Positions 19,754 to 30,785 of a DNA stretch of 64,000 nucleotides are shown piece after piece. The position numbers and the translations under genes are program-made. The DNA comes from Tortispora ganteri (taxonomy: Eukaryota), in assembly GCA_003707115.1 (NCBI GenBank), contig PPNB01000005.1:310001-374000 (forward strand), given 5' to 3'. How positions within the stretch are numbered: the stretch's first letter is position 1; the number at the start of each line of letters is the position of its first letter. The notes below the pieces were generated by a model. That model saw only the letters and a list, made by a program, of their open reading frames with translations. It was not told the DNA's origin and searched no databases.

Positions 19754-21475
19754 CTAAGCGAGCAAGTCAATAAGACCGAAATACGTCTCAACGTTGTGTG
19801 GGCCTGGCGCTTTCCAGAAATCATCATACATTGTGAACAAAACAACATTTCCACCTGTGTATTCAAGGATTTGCTTAACAGATATCCTCTGATTCTGTAC
19901 GGACGGTACCTGGAGGCCGTAAGGATCGCCGGCATGCGGGTATCCGGTCTCGACAATCATATGAGGAGCGCTACCAGAGCAAACTGCATTGACAGCAGCG
20001 TCTTGAGATGCAAGGAACTCGTATGATTGGTCTGCAGTGGAATACTGGTCAAAGTACGGGTGAACATTGAGACCGACGCGGTCAAATGGCGAAGAAGTCG
20101 AACACAATTCTGGGTACGCGATGTATGCGGATGGCGGCTCAGCAGTGAAAATCGGTTTATTAAAACCAGAAGCAGACAAAATAGCTTTGATTTCTCTCGT
20201 TTTATCAAGAAGCTGTGCTGCAGTCACCCAACCATTCGTGACCGCCTCGTTGCCGATAGTAAGAGAATCAAACTGTGAGTACCAGGGATCGTTTGCAGCA
20301 GCATATGCCATAAAATCTGAAAGTCCGCTATCAATAGAGTCAATACCAGCAGCAGTAATGTATAAACCCTGCATTATCGTCAGTCCAAGTGCTTTAGCTG
20401 CAGGAGCGACTGTGCTGAACACATTGCAGTCAGTGCCATAGATGCGGATCTGTGAGATACCTTTGCTAACAATGATCTGAAGATCTGCGTATACTTGGTC
20501 ATATGTCTTACAGGTCGAGTCATCATTGTACGGTGAATATGTAAGACCTGTAGGAACAATATCAGACACGGCGCCTGTAGTGGCTACAGAGTCGTCATTC
20601 ACGGTGGTAGAAGCGGCAAGAGTAGTTGGGTTATACTGCGCGTTCCAATCGACGTTCACAGCAGCGTCTGCAGTGGCAGTAGAGCCAGAATCCTGAGTCA
20701 ATGTCTCAACAGACGTTTGTGTGTGTGTGGCAGCACTAGTGGCAATTTGAGTGGCAACAGATACTTGGTTGTTTGCGGCAGTATAGGTATAGTATGTTGT
20801 AGACGTATAGGTCTCAACAAGGATGTTGGTCCTGATACTCGTAATGACAAATCGTCCACCGACAGCTCCATCAGCATAAGTAGCGTGGTTAGTATCGATA
20901 TTAATATCTGCGTCAGCAGTCACGTGTACGGTGTGGTAGATGGTGGTTGTCTCTTCGTCGTCGTCGTCGGCGGCGGCGGTGGGTGCTGGCGCTACTGGGG
21001 CTGCTGGCGCGGCAACAGTATCAGCAGCATTACCGTTTGGATTCCATGTATAAGTGGCTAGCCACTCGGCATCAGGCGTCCATTGGTACGTTGAAACCCA
21101 TTCGGCGCCGGGTGTCCATTCATAAGTAGAAACCCATTCGGCGCCGGGTGTCCATTCATATGTAGCGACCCATTCGGCGTCGGGGGTCCACTGGTAAGTA
21201 GCAGCCCAGTCAGCGTCGGCATCAGCTTCGGCATCAGCTTCGGCATCAGCTTCGGCGTCACGTCGATAGAGGACTCTGCGTTTAGGTGGAGCTGTTATCA
21301 GCGGTGCGGATATCGCAGTAGTTGAAGGTTCGACATAATCGTCAATAATGAGATCGGTAGCAGCGAGTTGCACGTCTGTGGGATCGATTTCGGGCAAAGC
21401 CATAGCTGAGATAACTGCAGCAAATGAAGCAAGAGTAAGGAATGAGCAGTGCATGTTGAATTTAAAGAATGACAA
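19754..21475 (-). CDS. Secreted GH17 cell-wall beta-1,3-glucanase/transglucosylase (Scw4/Scw11-like) with repetitive N-terminal region
   Basis: Signal peptide; C-terminal GLTYSPYNDDSTCKT, IRIYGTDC, IGNEAV, VETGYP (both catalytic Glu present). Confidence 0.9.
   Translation of the reverse strand: MSFFKFNMHCSFLTLASFAAVISAMALPEIDPTDVQLAATDLIIDDYVEPSTTAISAPLITAPPKRRVLYRRDAEADAEADAEADADADWAATYQWTPDAEWVATYEWTPGAEWVSTYEWTPGAEWVSTYQWTPDAEWLATYTWNPNGNAADTVAAPAAPVAPAPTAAADDDDEETTTIYHTVHVTADADINIDTNHATYADGAVGGRFVITSIRTNILVETYTSTTYYTYTAANNQVSVATQIATSAATHTQTSVETLTQDSGSTATADAAVNVDWNAQYNPTTLAASTTVNDDSVATTGAVSDIVPTGLTYSPYNDDSTCKTYDQVYADLQIIVSKGISQIRIYGTDCNVFSTVAPAAKALGLTIMQGLYITAAGIDSIDSGLSDFMAYAAANDPWYSQFDSLTIGNEAVTNGWVTAAQLLDKTREIKAILSASGFNKPIFTAEPPSAYIAYPELCSTSSPFDRVGLNVHPYFDQYSTADQSYEFLASQDAAVNAVCSGSAPHMIVETGYPHAGDPYGLQVPSVQNQRISVKQILEYTGGNVVLFTMYDDFWKAPGPHNVETYFGLIDLLA
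21038..21259 (-). repeat. Coding repeats: (DA/EA)8 spacer and five 36-bp units encoding [D/G]A[D/E]W[A/V/L][A/S]TYxW[T/N]P
   Basis: 12-bp DNA unit GCCGAAGCTGAT and 36-bp units are visible; residues 73-146 of the GH17 ORF. Confidence 0.9.
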
Positions 21476-22321
21476 AGATTGTAGTAGAAAGAACGAATGA
21501 ATAAGTCAATAAAGAAAGAATGTATAGCAGTTGGTGAGAACGCTCGATGCAGCAAGTAGATGTAAGAAGTAGAAAAAATAACTGAGTGAAATTGAAGAGA
21601 CCACATTATATATAGCGTACAGCCTTTCATAGTCGACAATTACATGGCTGGATGATATATACTAGTCGTGAGTGTTTTCGTGAAGGGAGATTGGTTGTTG
21701 TTAACTCTAATAAGGTTACAGGAGCTGTCAAAGGCAGGTAGATTACCTAATTTGGAACTAAACCTAATTATCTCAGTAAAAAGGACCAATCAGTGTACTT
21801 AGTACCCCAGCCATTTCATAATTGAGGTCCTGGTTCACAACTGCAATCTTGAACGCGTTTAATAATAGTGCCGAGTAATTTTTGACATCATTATAAAGAT
21901 CCAAGTAGGTTATTATTGCAAAATACGGCAGTGCGGCGTACCGGAGAGCGATTCATGTTTCTTGCTGAGCCACAGTGATAAACTGTTATGATGAGGCGCC
22001 AATAAACCCAGTGGAGGTACCGATTAGAAAAAAAAAAACTGATTACAGCCATTCAATTACATATCTAATTTTAGCATAGAATCTATTTACAATAAAATGA
22101 CAAAACTAACCAAAAAAAGGCCAGCACCAGGAAGATATATGTTGCTATTTTTGCACTTCGAAAAGTGGTTTCTTTGACAAGTCGCGCGGCTTGCTATAAT
22201 TTCCTAATTAGGTATTCTTTAAACTTTATTGATCCAACCGCCATCAACGTGGTAGATTACTCGCCTCCATTACGTACATTCTTGGTATCTACTTCCTTTT
22301 TACAGATTTATCTGACTAGCC

Positions 22322-23404
22322 ATGACTTCTATAGAAAGCATACAGCGACGTATTGAGAAATTAAAAACTGATAATGCTATTTTGAGTCAGAAGCTGAATG
22401 AACAGCGGCAGCAGGTGTGCGATACTAGTTTACCGAATGTTGCAGCTGCAGAGAATATCGAGCCACTATCGAATATGAAATTTCGAAGAAGACAAACATT
22501 AGAAGGTCATTTTGGCAAAATATATGCTACATCTTGGTCATACGATTGGCGGCATCTTGTTAGCGCCTCACAAGATGGGCAAATGATCATATGGGATGCG
22601 TTTACAGGATACAAGCGGTCGATCATTCCGCTGCGATCATCATGGGTCATGACATGCGCATTTGCACCGTCTGGTAACTTTGTAGCTGCGGGAGGACTTG
22701 ATAATATTTGTTCACTCTACAGTACGCAGCTGCCGCAAGATGTTCGCGAGGGAAAACCGGCGCCGCTGATGGTCACTAAAGAGCTATCACACCACCAAGG
22801 CTATCTTTCCTGTTGCGAGTTTATATCGGATCAGAAATTAATAACAGGCTCTGGCGACATGACATGCGTCTTATGGGACGTTGAAAAAGCTGAGCCTATT
22901 ACTATATTCTCTGAATCACTGGGCGATGTGATCGATTTGGCTGTTTCGCCAACAAGCTCACATGTATTTGTTTCTGGCGGATGTGACAGAGCTGCTCGCG
23001 TCTGGGATAGCAGAGTTGGCTCATCTTGCGTCCAGATTTTCTCAGGATACCATACTGATGATATAAACGCGATTTCGTTTGCGCCTAACGGGTTGTCATT
23101 TGCTACAGGCTCCGACGATGCATCGTGCCGGCTGTTCGATATGCGCGTTGACACACAAATGAGCATGTATAGCAGCACATCAATTTCTTCAGGTATATCT
23201 TCAATAGCAATGTCGCGGTCAGGTAGGGTACTGTTTGCCGGATACAATGACTCGACGGTCCGCGTATGGGATGTACTCTACGGCAGCCATATCTCGACCA
23301 TACAGGGTCACACAAACAAGGTATCTTCTGTCGCTGTATCTCGCGATGGTGCTTCGCTATCAACTGCGTCATGGGACTCAACTGTTCAGATTTGGACCGT
23401 TTGA
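22322..23404 (+). CDS. STE4: Heterotrimeric G-protein beta subunit
   Basis: N-terminal coiled coil, TLEGHFGKIYA, LVSASQDG, SSWVMTCAFAPSG, GGLDNICS, GSGDMTC, GSDDASCRLFD, TASWDS. Confidence 0.93.
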   Translation: MTSIESIQRRIEKLKTDNAILSQKLNEQRQQVCDTSLPNVAAAENIEPLSNMKFRRRQTLEGHFGKIYATSWSYDWRHLVSASQDGQMIIWDAFTGYKRSIIPLRSSWVMTCAFAPSGNFVAAGGLDNICSLYSTQLPQDVREGKPAPLMVTKELSHHQGYLSCCEFISDQKLITGSGDMTCVLWDVEKAEPITIFSESLGDVIDLAVSPTSSHVFVSGGCDRAARVWDSRVGSSCVQIFSGYHTDDINAISFAPNGLSFATGSDDASCRLFDMRVDTQMSMYSSTSISSGISSIAMSRSGRVLFAGYNDSTVRVWDVLYGSHISTIQGHTNKVSSVAVSRDGASLSTASWDSTVQIWTV

Positions 23405-23682
23405 ATATAGGAAAGCTAGCATGCAGTAAGGTGGTTTCAGCATATACAATGCCAGTAATGGTTGCATCTATGAAACGTGTACAAATATAATGGTAGAGCT
23501 GATTATATAGCGTAAATAACACATGAGACCGTCAATCGCGTGGAGTGGCGGTGTGAGGGTAGAGAAAGGAAAACAAACAAATAAGCAAGACGTAAAGCAG
23601 GTGCAGCCGGGAGGACCCGCTAAGATAAAAAAAACAGTGAAAAAATAAAGGCAAGGAAACAGTTATCTATATGTGATTGCCA

Positions 23683-24426
23683 TTACTCTGATACCCGCTT
23701 CTTAGTGAAATCCCACAGGTTTTTCAGCAAAGAGTTAGGGAGAGTATAGAGGTCCATATGGAACTCTCCTTCGTCAGCGAGATTCTTTACATAAGAGTCT
23801 GGTGCTTTTCCTTTAGACACCATCTGGACGATTTGGAGGAGATCATCTTCGCCGAGCTTGTACAAGTAATCAGCAAGCTTTTCGACGTCTACACCCGAGA
23901 CATGTTTGACAGTTGAAACACCGTTAGAAGAGCCACTAGAAGCGTTAGTAGCGGCTCGTTTTGCGTCGCTAGAAGAAGAATCTTCAGTTTTACGCTTTTT
24001 AGAGTCAGATGTCAGGGGCCCAGACTCTGCGAGAGCGCGTGCGAGCGCGGGATTAGAAGTGGGGAACTTCACTTTGTGATCTACGGTGTATTTCTGTTTC
24101 AAAAAATTAAGGTCATGTTTGACAGAAGTTTCACCTGAACCGTCGACAAACTTGAGTGTGAGCAGCATGTCGAATTCGCCCCAGCCTTCCTGCTCTAGCA
24201 AGAATGGTGGAGTGTCTAGAGTGACCACAGGGGGATCAAAAGTCGGGTGCAAATGGTACACAATCTCGTCAAAAACTGAAGCAGGCAATAGTTCCCCATC
24301 AGGACCAACAACATTGACTTGAATAGACCATTTACGCATAGGGAAACCAGCCTCTATAGGCGGGAGGTCTTTCAGGATTTCATTTTGAGTTGTAATTCGA
24401 ATAGTGCGCGTAGTCGTTTCACTCAT
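23683..24426 (-). CDS. TAF14: YEATS-domain protein Taf14
   Basis: RTIRITTQ, YHLHPTF, EQEGWGEF; ET domain GEFHMDLYTLP. Confidence 0.93.
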   Translation of the reverse strand: MSETTTRTIRITTQNEILKDLPPIEAGFPMRKWSIQVNVVGPDGELLPASVFDEIVYHLHPTFDPPVVTLDTPPFLLEQEGWGEFDMLLTLKFVDGSGETSVKHDLNFLKQKYTVDHKVKFPTSNPALARALAESGPLTSDSKKRKTEDSSSSDAKRAATNASSGSSNGVSTVKHVSGVDVEKLADYLYKLGEDDLLQIVQMVSKGKAPDSYVKNLADEGEFHMDLYTLPNSLLKNLWDFTKKRVSE

Positions 24427-24882
24427 TTTGTCTCACTTAAAGTGCCGTTTAGCAGTTAAGATTTTTATTTTTCACTTTATATTATCACTGGCGTTTTTAC
24501 CGGCTATTTTTTGACACGGTAAACGACAGATTATGTCCTTTTAGCGTGCTACTTATGGCGGTGTGAAGAGTCCAAGTTTCTCTAGTGAGGTGGAGAGTCT
24601 AGGTTTACCTTATTGCGAAATGCAGGGTGGCAGAACGTGCAACTTCCCCAATACAACAGCGGAAGCAAACATAAGATTGTTCTTGTAATAGCTGTAAAAA
24701 TTAATAAATATTTTTTACAATAATAGCGTCAAGGAATTATTATACTGTCTCGTCTATCGCCACTGTTAGACAGGCACGTTGTATATACCGTGCGGCTGAT
24801 AAGGTTTAAATGCACCTGGTGCACGTACACGCCGAGCACCAACCTCCCCCGATCTTTGTTCAAACAAAGTCCTTGTATTCCG

Positions 24883-26355
24883 ATGTGGATCCTGAAAGAT
24901 GACAGATCACAATCAAAGCTTCTACAGAACGGCAAAAACTATGTAATCGGTAGATCACACAAGAACTGCGCGTGGGTGGTCGATAGCAGGGGCGTGTCGA
25001 AGGTGCACGTCAAACTGGTGCCTTTGACTAATGATAAGCTGCAGATCACTGACCTTGGTAGCAAACTCGGCACTTTCATCAATAAAAAGCCGCTAGAAGC
25101 GAATAAACCTCGAATTTTGACCCCAGACGCTTATTCGATATCGCTGGGCGGGAAATCGACGTCTTTAGAGCTAGTGCATATACGACTCCAGATAGGTCAT
25201 TCGACGTCCGTAGATTCAACTATTTTTGAGAAATTACAGTCACAACTTGACGTTGAAGTGTCTACTGATGTTTCAAAAAACTCTTTCGTGTTTGTTCAAT
25301 CGCACAGATCGCCAGGAGCGCTCGCAGCTATTCTAAATCATGTGCCTGTCGTAACACAGGACTATATAACAGAGTTATCGCAAAATATTCCAAAATTATA
25401 CGATGACTACTACGGATCAATACCAGATACGCGCAAGTACCCGCCTGAAGGACCCAAAATAGTTGAACGCAGCAGATTCGGACTCTTCTGTGGGTTCACA
25501 TTTCTGTTTCTCGATAAAGAACAGTACAGAAGATTAGAAGGTCCATTAAACATGGTACAAGGTGTCTCAATTTATTGCAAAAACACTTCTGATGTCTTAG
25601 AACACATCAAGAAAAAGGACTCACAACTCGTAATGGTGATCCCGCGCAGTGTTAACGACACAGTCATGCAACACGAATTCGAGCAGGGACTGCTCTGCTT
25701 TAGTAGTGGTGTTGGTCTCGAACCAATAGGTGCTAGCACGCTCTACGAAGCTGCTGCGTTATGTGATACGTCTCTGCTGGTCAAACCAGTACAAACAGAT
25801 ACACAAGTAGAAGTATCAGAAACGTCTGCTGTAAAGGCACAACAACCATTACAGACAGAACCGAGCCAGTCAAGAGAACTGGCGTCACAACAAACAGCAC
25901 AAATGAGCCATGTTGTTAAAGAGTCCGTACTTGAAGATCCTAAGATTTCTAACGAAACAGAACCGACAGAGAGACCTACAGCTATTCCAGATATAGAAAC
26001 CATACCTGAACCCCCATGTGAGTTCTACACAATCAGCAGCAGTCATCTTAGAGTGGAACGGAAATCAGACGATAGAGCTGACCGACCTAACTTCAAGAAG
26101 TTCCGTAAACACAGACGCAGCACCGGGCCAGAGACACAGTTGGCGATCAAATATACAGAGGAAACAACATTTGACGATGTTGGCAGCACTGCCGGTGGCA
26201 AACACGCGGAAAAAGAGAAAAAATCTGTGTCTGATCGACGATTACGGGTCACCCGCGAGTCACGCAAACCTGCCGAACAGGGCCATGATGACGATAACGA
26301 GGACGAAAGTATCCCACAGTTCAGATTTTCGCGAAATACAGCTACTGTCATATAG
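24883..26355 (+). CDS. NBS1: Nbs1/Xrs2 (MRN complex)
   Basis: MWIL start, FHA motifs GR, SKVH and GSKLGTFIN; Mre11-binding NFKKFRK; C-terminal acidic patch followed by FRF (Tel1/ATM-binding type). Confidence 0.85.
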   Translation: MWILKDDRSQSKLLQNGKNYVIGRSHKNCAWVVDSRGVSKVHVKLVPLTNDKLQITDLGSKLGTFINKKPLEANKPRILTPDAYSISLGGKSTSLELVHIRLQIGHSTSVDSTIFEKLQSQLDVEVSTDVSKNSFVFVQSHRSPGALAAILNHVPVVTQDYITELSQNIPKLYDDYYGSIPDTRKYPPEGPKIVERSRFGLFCGFTFLFLDKEQYRRLEGPLNMVQGVSIYCKNTSDVLEHIKKKDSQLVMVIPRSVNDTVMQHEFEQGLLCFSSGVGLEPIGASTLYEAAALCDTSLLVKPVQTDTQVEVSETSAVKAQQPLQTEPSQSRELASQQTAQMSHVVKESVLEDPKISNETEPTERPTAIPDIETIPEPPCEFYTISSSHLRVERKSDDRADRPNFKKFRKHRRSTGPETQLAIKYTEETTFDDVGSTAGGKHAEKEKKSVSDRRLRVTRESRKPAEQGHDDDNEDESIPQFRFSRNTATVI

Positions 26356-26362
26356 AAAATTA

Positions 26363-26777
26363 TCAATCTGTTCCTGGATGAAATGTCAGCCCCAGCTGTG
26401 CAGTTGTGCGCTGGAGTTCCTCGGTACCCATAGAAATCAGGTACTTGATCTGGTTAAGGTCGTTTACGTACCTTTGGCGTTCGAATTCCTGTCGCGCCCA
26501 ACTCCGTAGATCGGCTCGAACGGATTTATCGGGGATTTCTATTTGTTAGTGTCACCTTTAGCGGAATTTTTGCGGTATTTGCAATCTTACCTTTAGTCGC
26601 GCGAAGCACATGCCGCCACAGTGCGATTACTCTGGCGCGCTGAATGAACTATGAAAAGGTCAGTAATTGCCTATTTAGATAATTATTTAATAATAATATT
26701 AATATACTTACATGTTCCAGACCCAGAATCTCCTTTTTGCGGGCATTGGATGCCAATCGAATGGCCGAATGATGCAT
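26363..26777 (-). CDS. LYR-motif mitochondrial protein (LYRM2-like); complement join(26363..26538,26591..26648,26712..26777), 99 aa
   Basis: Spliced translation MHHSAIRLASNARKKEILGLEH-FIQRARVIALWRHVLRATK-EIPDKSVRADLRSWARQEFERQRYVNDLNQIKYLISMG...; introns GTAAGT..TACTGAC..TAG (63 nt) and GTAAGA..CACTAAC..TAG (52 nt) both keep frame. Confidence 0.88.
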
Positions 26778-26909
26778 TGTAGAGGTAAAAGGTGAGCTTA
26801 CTTGGTGGAGTACGTGGTTGGATTCTTTAAAAACCTAGAAGACGTACATAAGAGCTAAACAGCTAAAAAAAAAAATTACCGTAACCAGTGAAATATGAAA
26901 CATACCCAA

Positions 26910-28430
26910 TTACAATTGATATGTGAAGAAAGGATTCTTAGAGCCTAGCGAGTTGAACTCCTTAGGGTCACGGTCCAGGATCTCAGGGTGCTCATCGAGG
27001 TACTGCTTCTTCTTATTGTTCTGTCGTTTCAAATAGAAACGCATAAAGGTGGCTATCAGTGAACCAAGTACAATTGCGCCAATGCAAACACCCTTGCCGA
27101 GAAGGTATCGAGGCGCGTCCTGAGGACGGAAAATATACGACGAGATAATACCACCGGCAGAAGACATACCAATTTGGATACCAACACCAATAGCACGAGT
27201 CTGAGCATTAGGGTACTGGTTCGCATTCCAAGAGACAGTATTAGGCCATGGTGAATACTGACCAGCAGTGGCAAGGAAACAACCAAAGTACATGACCTTC
27301 AAGTTGGTAGTGGCCATTGATATAATAAAACCGATAACACCAAATGTCATTAAAGGTCCGACAACGAACTCATAGCGTTTTCTGTATTTGTCTGACAGAT
27401 ATGAATTAACGAATGTAACAAGACACGCCCAGATATAAGGAGGAGCAGACATGAGTTGAGCAGTAGAGTTCTTCCAGCCGAGATGTGTGATAATTGTAGG
27501 CAAGAAGAATGAGAACGAGTAAAGAGGAACTGTGACACCCCAACCAATAAGGACAAATGCCCATACACGCCAGTTGAGCGCACCTTCTTTGATGTGGGGC
27601 CATGTGAAGCCAGTGTTATCTTCTTCAGTGTCACCCTTACCATGATCGAGCTGCAAATGATGACGCCAGAACAATTTTTCGTCAGGTTTCATGAAACCTG
27701 CTGATTCGGGAGTGTTATGGATCATGAAGTAAGTGATAAGACCAATACCAATAGTCAGAGCACCTTCGATGATAAAAATCCAGGCCCAGCCAGCAATGCC
27801 GTGAGTGCCGTCAAGTTTCATAATAGCCCATGCCAGAATACCCGAGAACGCACCGGCGATAGTAGCTGCAGAGAAAAAGAAAGCGACACGACTTGACAAT
27901 TCGTGACCGCGGTACCAGTTAGAAGTATAGTAGCTAAAGCCAGAGAAAGTAGCAGATTCAAAAAAGCCCAGCATGACGCGAAGAGCAAGGAGTTGATGGT
28001 AATTAGTGGCAAAGCCCATACCGAGGACGACTGCACCCCAGCAGACAGCGATCATCGGCAGCCATATCTTTGGGCCGAGAATCTTTAGAACAACATTAGC
28101 TGGAGCTTCGAAAGTGCAGTATGTAGCAAAAAACACAGTAAGAACGACAGAGTATTCATGATCGGACAAGCCAAGATCTTCATTCATGCCGGCGATCTTA
28201 GCATTTCCGATATTACCTCTGTCAAGGAAGGACAAGAAATAGAGTAGGGTGCAAGCTGGAACGATGTTCATATCGATTTTGAAAAGTAGACGCCTGTATG
28301 TCTTCTTATTTTCGAATTTTTTGATTGCTGCAGCGAGTTCAGGATTGTCTACTAACGCCTTCTCATCATCAGAAATGATGTCTTCGATTTCGGCGTGTTC
28401 GTATTTGTCAGTCTCAGGTTGTGCGGCCAT
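26910..28430 (-). CDS. MFS transporter, anion:cation symporter (Dal5/Tna1) family, copy 1
   Basis: FLDRGNIGNAKIAG, GWAWIFIIEG, AQLMSAPPY, DAPRY, NPFFTYQL; multi-TM. Confidence 0.93.
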   Translation of the reverse strand: MAAQPETDKYEHAEIEDIISDDEKALVDNPELAAAIKKFENKKTYRRLLFKIDMNIVPACTLLYFLSFLDRGNIGNAKIAGMNEDLGLSDHEYSVVLTVFFATYCTFEAPANVVLKILGPKIWLPMIAVCWGAVVLGMGFATNYHQLLALRVMLGFFESATFSGFSYYTSNWYRGHELSSRVAFFFSAATIAGAFSGILAWAIMKLDGTHGIAGWAWIFIIEGALTIGIGLITYFMIHNTPESAGFMKPDEKLFWRHHLQLDHGKGDTEEDNTGFTWPHIKEGALNWRVWAFVLIGWGVTVPLYSFSFFLPTIITHLGWKNSTAQLMSAPPYIWACLVTFVNSYLSDKYRKRYEFVVGPLMTFGVIGFIISMATTNLKVMYFGCFLATAGQYSPWPNTVSWNANQYPNAQTRAIGVGIQIGMSSAGGIISSYIFRPQDAPRYLLGKGVCIGAIVLGSLIATFMRFYLKRQNNKKKQYLDEHPEILDRDPKEFNSLGSKNPFFTYQL

Positions 28431-30785
28431 ATTGTGAATGCAAAAAATGTGCTATGATCGAATTTACAAGTAGGGCAAGGATAGAGCGGTGTGACGCGGG
28501 AAGATATGACCTAAACAGGAATAAAGTGAATACAGAAGTAACTTGTTTGTGTAGAATCCAGAGAGACAGCAAAATCGATTTGCGAAATCAATATTACTGA
28601 GAATCTGGGCGATCTGAAAGGAGACAAGTACTGAAGGAAGAAAATGATAAGAGAAAAAACGGGTCCTATTTATGCATTTCAGGGATCATTGCTTGTGCCT
28701 TTAAATTTTCGTACAATATTGTGCGGGGCAGAAAGCCAAAAGACAAAAAAGAAAGAAATAACGTTAGTGTTTTCAAGTGAGTTCCTTCTGGAAAGCGGGG
28801 TACATTTAACTGACGAATCATGACACACGTCGGAGGGTTTGGGCCTATATGTGTCTTCAATTCGAGTTTTTCCACGAGAGCCAGCTTGAAAAAAGGCGTT
28901 TTGATGAAACACAATATCACTTGAAATTGCTTTGCAACAGGTTGAGTGATACCATATATTCATAGCGATTAGCGATTGGGAACTTGCGCAGTGGTATTAC
29001 ACAAGAAGAAAACGTTTGGGCGAGAGATCGACAGTCTATTGCATGTTGTTGAATTTGACAGTGAATCAATGAGGCCATATTTTTGACTTTCTTTTCATAC
29101 CAATAACAAGCAGCGTAATTTTTAAGTTTCGCTCTAACAGCAGGGTCCAAAACGCCGAATTGACTATAGTTGTGTTTGCCCCGCCACAGCACTCGCCGAT
29201 TGACCAAGATTCGTACATTATTTAGTACAGATGTTGTTGATTATGGTCAGAGTAAAACGTGGAGTTTCGGAGAATAATTCGGGGGGCAAAGTGTTTCGAT
29301 CGATCAATTAATGGGCCGATTTTGATCGATTAAAATGTATGCGGTATTGGTTTATCGGCGGGGCGGATAAAATGCAACATAATGTTAACGGCGGAAAATC
29401 AGATCATTTCAAAGTGGTTTTGAAGTCTGAAAGTAGTAAGAGGGGTATTATAAATATTTCTCTTAGTTTAGTAATCTCACAGATGCATATAGCGCAAAGC
29501 TATATCATCACTTTAACCAAGACAACACTCGGACTACCCAGACGAGATTAAATAGACGTTCGAGGTTTTTTTTTATTAGAAATCAATCACTGCTTATCGC
29601 AACGTTAGCTTTCGATCAGTTCATCATTATAAGATGGTGACGGCTTTGTGGTTGCTGTTGAAGTTTAACTGAAGGTATACTCCACTTTCCTAATAAGGCA
29701 ACTTTCGGGGTCTGTCTGTACCTTAGGAGGCGTCACAAGCATAATTTAAGAAGCCGAGATGTTAATCTAAGGCAAATTCTAATAGCGGAGGCAACTGCGT
29801 AGAAGCTGATTTATGGAAAAAAAAGGAATATATAAAAAAAACCCCTCCTCCCCTGGTTAATCATTGTATTAACGTGCAAGAACTCCGAAATACAGATTCA
29901 TTAACGGTGAAAGTGGCAGTCTAGTTGTATGGTGGGCCAGTCTTGGCTAGCTCCAACTCCCACTTGGTTTCGGAGATCAAACGGAATAACTAGTAAATGA
30001 TTTATTCAGGGGTAAAAAAGACACCAACAAGCGAATATAAGACATATATGAGCGATCAATACAAAAAATTGGCAGATTTGATGTTATTATCATGTCTTTT
30101 TTAGAATGATTGCCCTTCAATCGCGATTAATTCACATTATTTCTCAGTATAATACCTGCGAAACAAAGTTGTGGAGGAAGGTGGGGGCATTGTAGGCCGC
30201 TTAATCTATATTTCCTTTGATTCCGGCAACTTGTATGATTGGCTAAGAGATACTTAACGGTACTTTTAGCCGTTCATTCCACTTAATAGCGAAGTGCGAT
30301 CGCATTATTTTTTTGGCTAGAATGTGGGGAATATGAGAGGGGCTGGAATACGTTTCGGCGATACATCTCGGAATTGATTGCAAAATGTATCGATTAAACC
30401 TCGATTCCTTTCCATTAACATTGCACATTTCTCAACTAACTGACCGATAAGAAATCATGGACAGATGAAAATGATGAATGAAGATAAACCATCATGAAAC
30501 AACGTGTATATCGTTAAAGATTACAAATAGAACGGCTCTTCCTCAACATAGGCACGATAATATTGCAATTTGATCATTCAGCAACCAAAAAAAAAGAAAA
30601 GGTTACGGAAATAGTTTCGCTTAACTTAAATAAGATAACATTAACTTCTTTGCGATTAGATGCCAAGATATAATAGCGATAAGCCAATATTGAATTCGAT
30701 AGAGTGGTAAGTAATTGGAAGAAAAGGTACACAAAAGATCAAGAGTAGAAGGAAGACATCATATACAATAATATGTAGACTCCAA

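Noticed and set aside
21038..21283. True alpha-factor-type pheromone precursor
   Set aside because: Repeats are not separated by dibasic sites and are fused to a complete GH17 domain; kept only as an architectural analogy.
26018..26509. 163-aa + strand ORF
   Set aside because: Overlaps NBS1 out of frame and is antisense to the LYR gene.
28666..30428. Small ORFs in the inter-MFS region
   Set aside because: No recognisable motifs or coding-like composition; the region reads as promoter.
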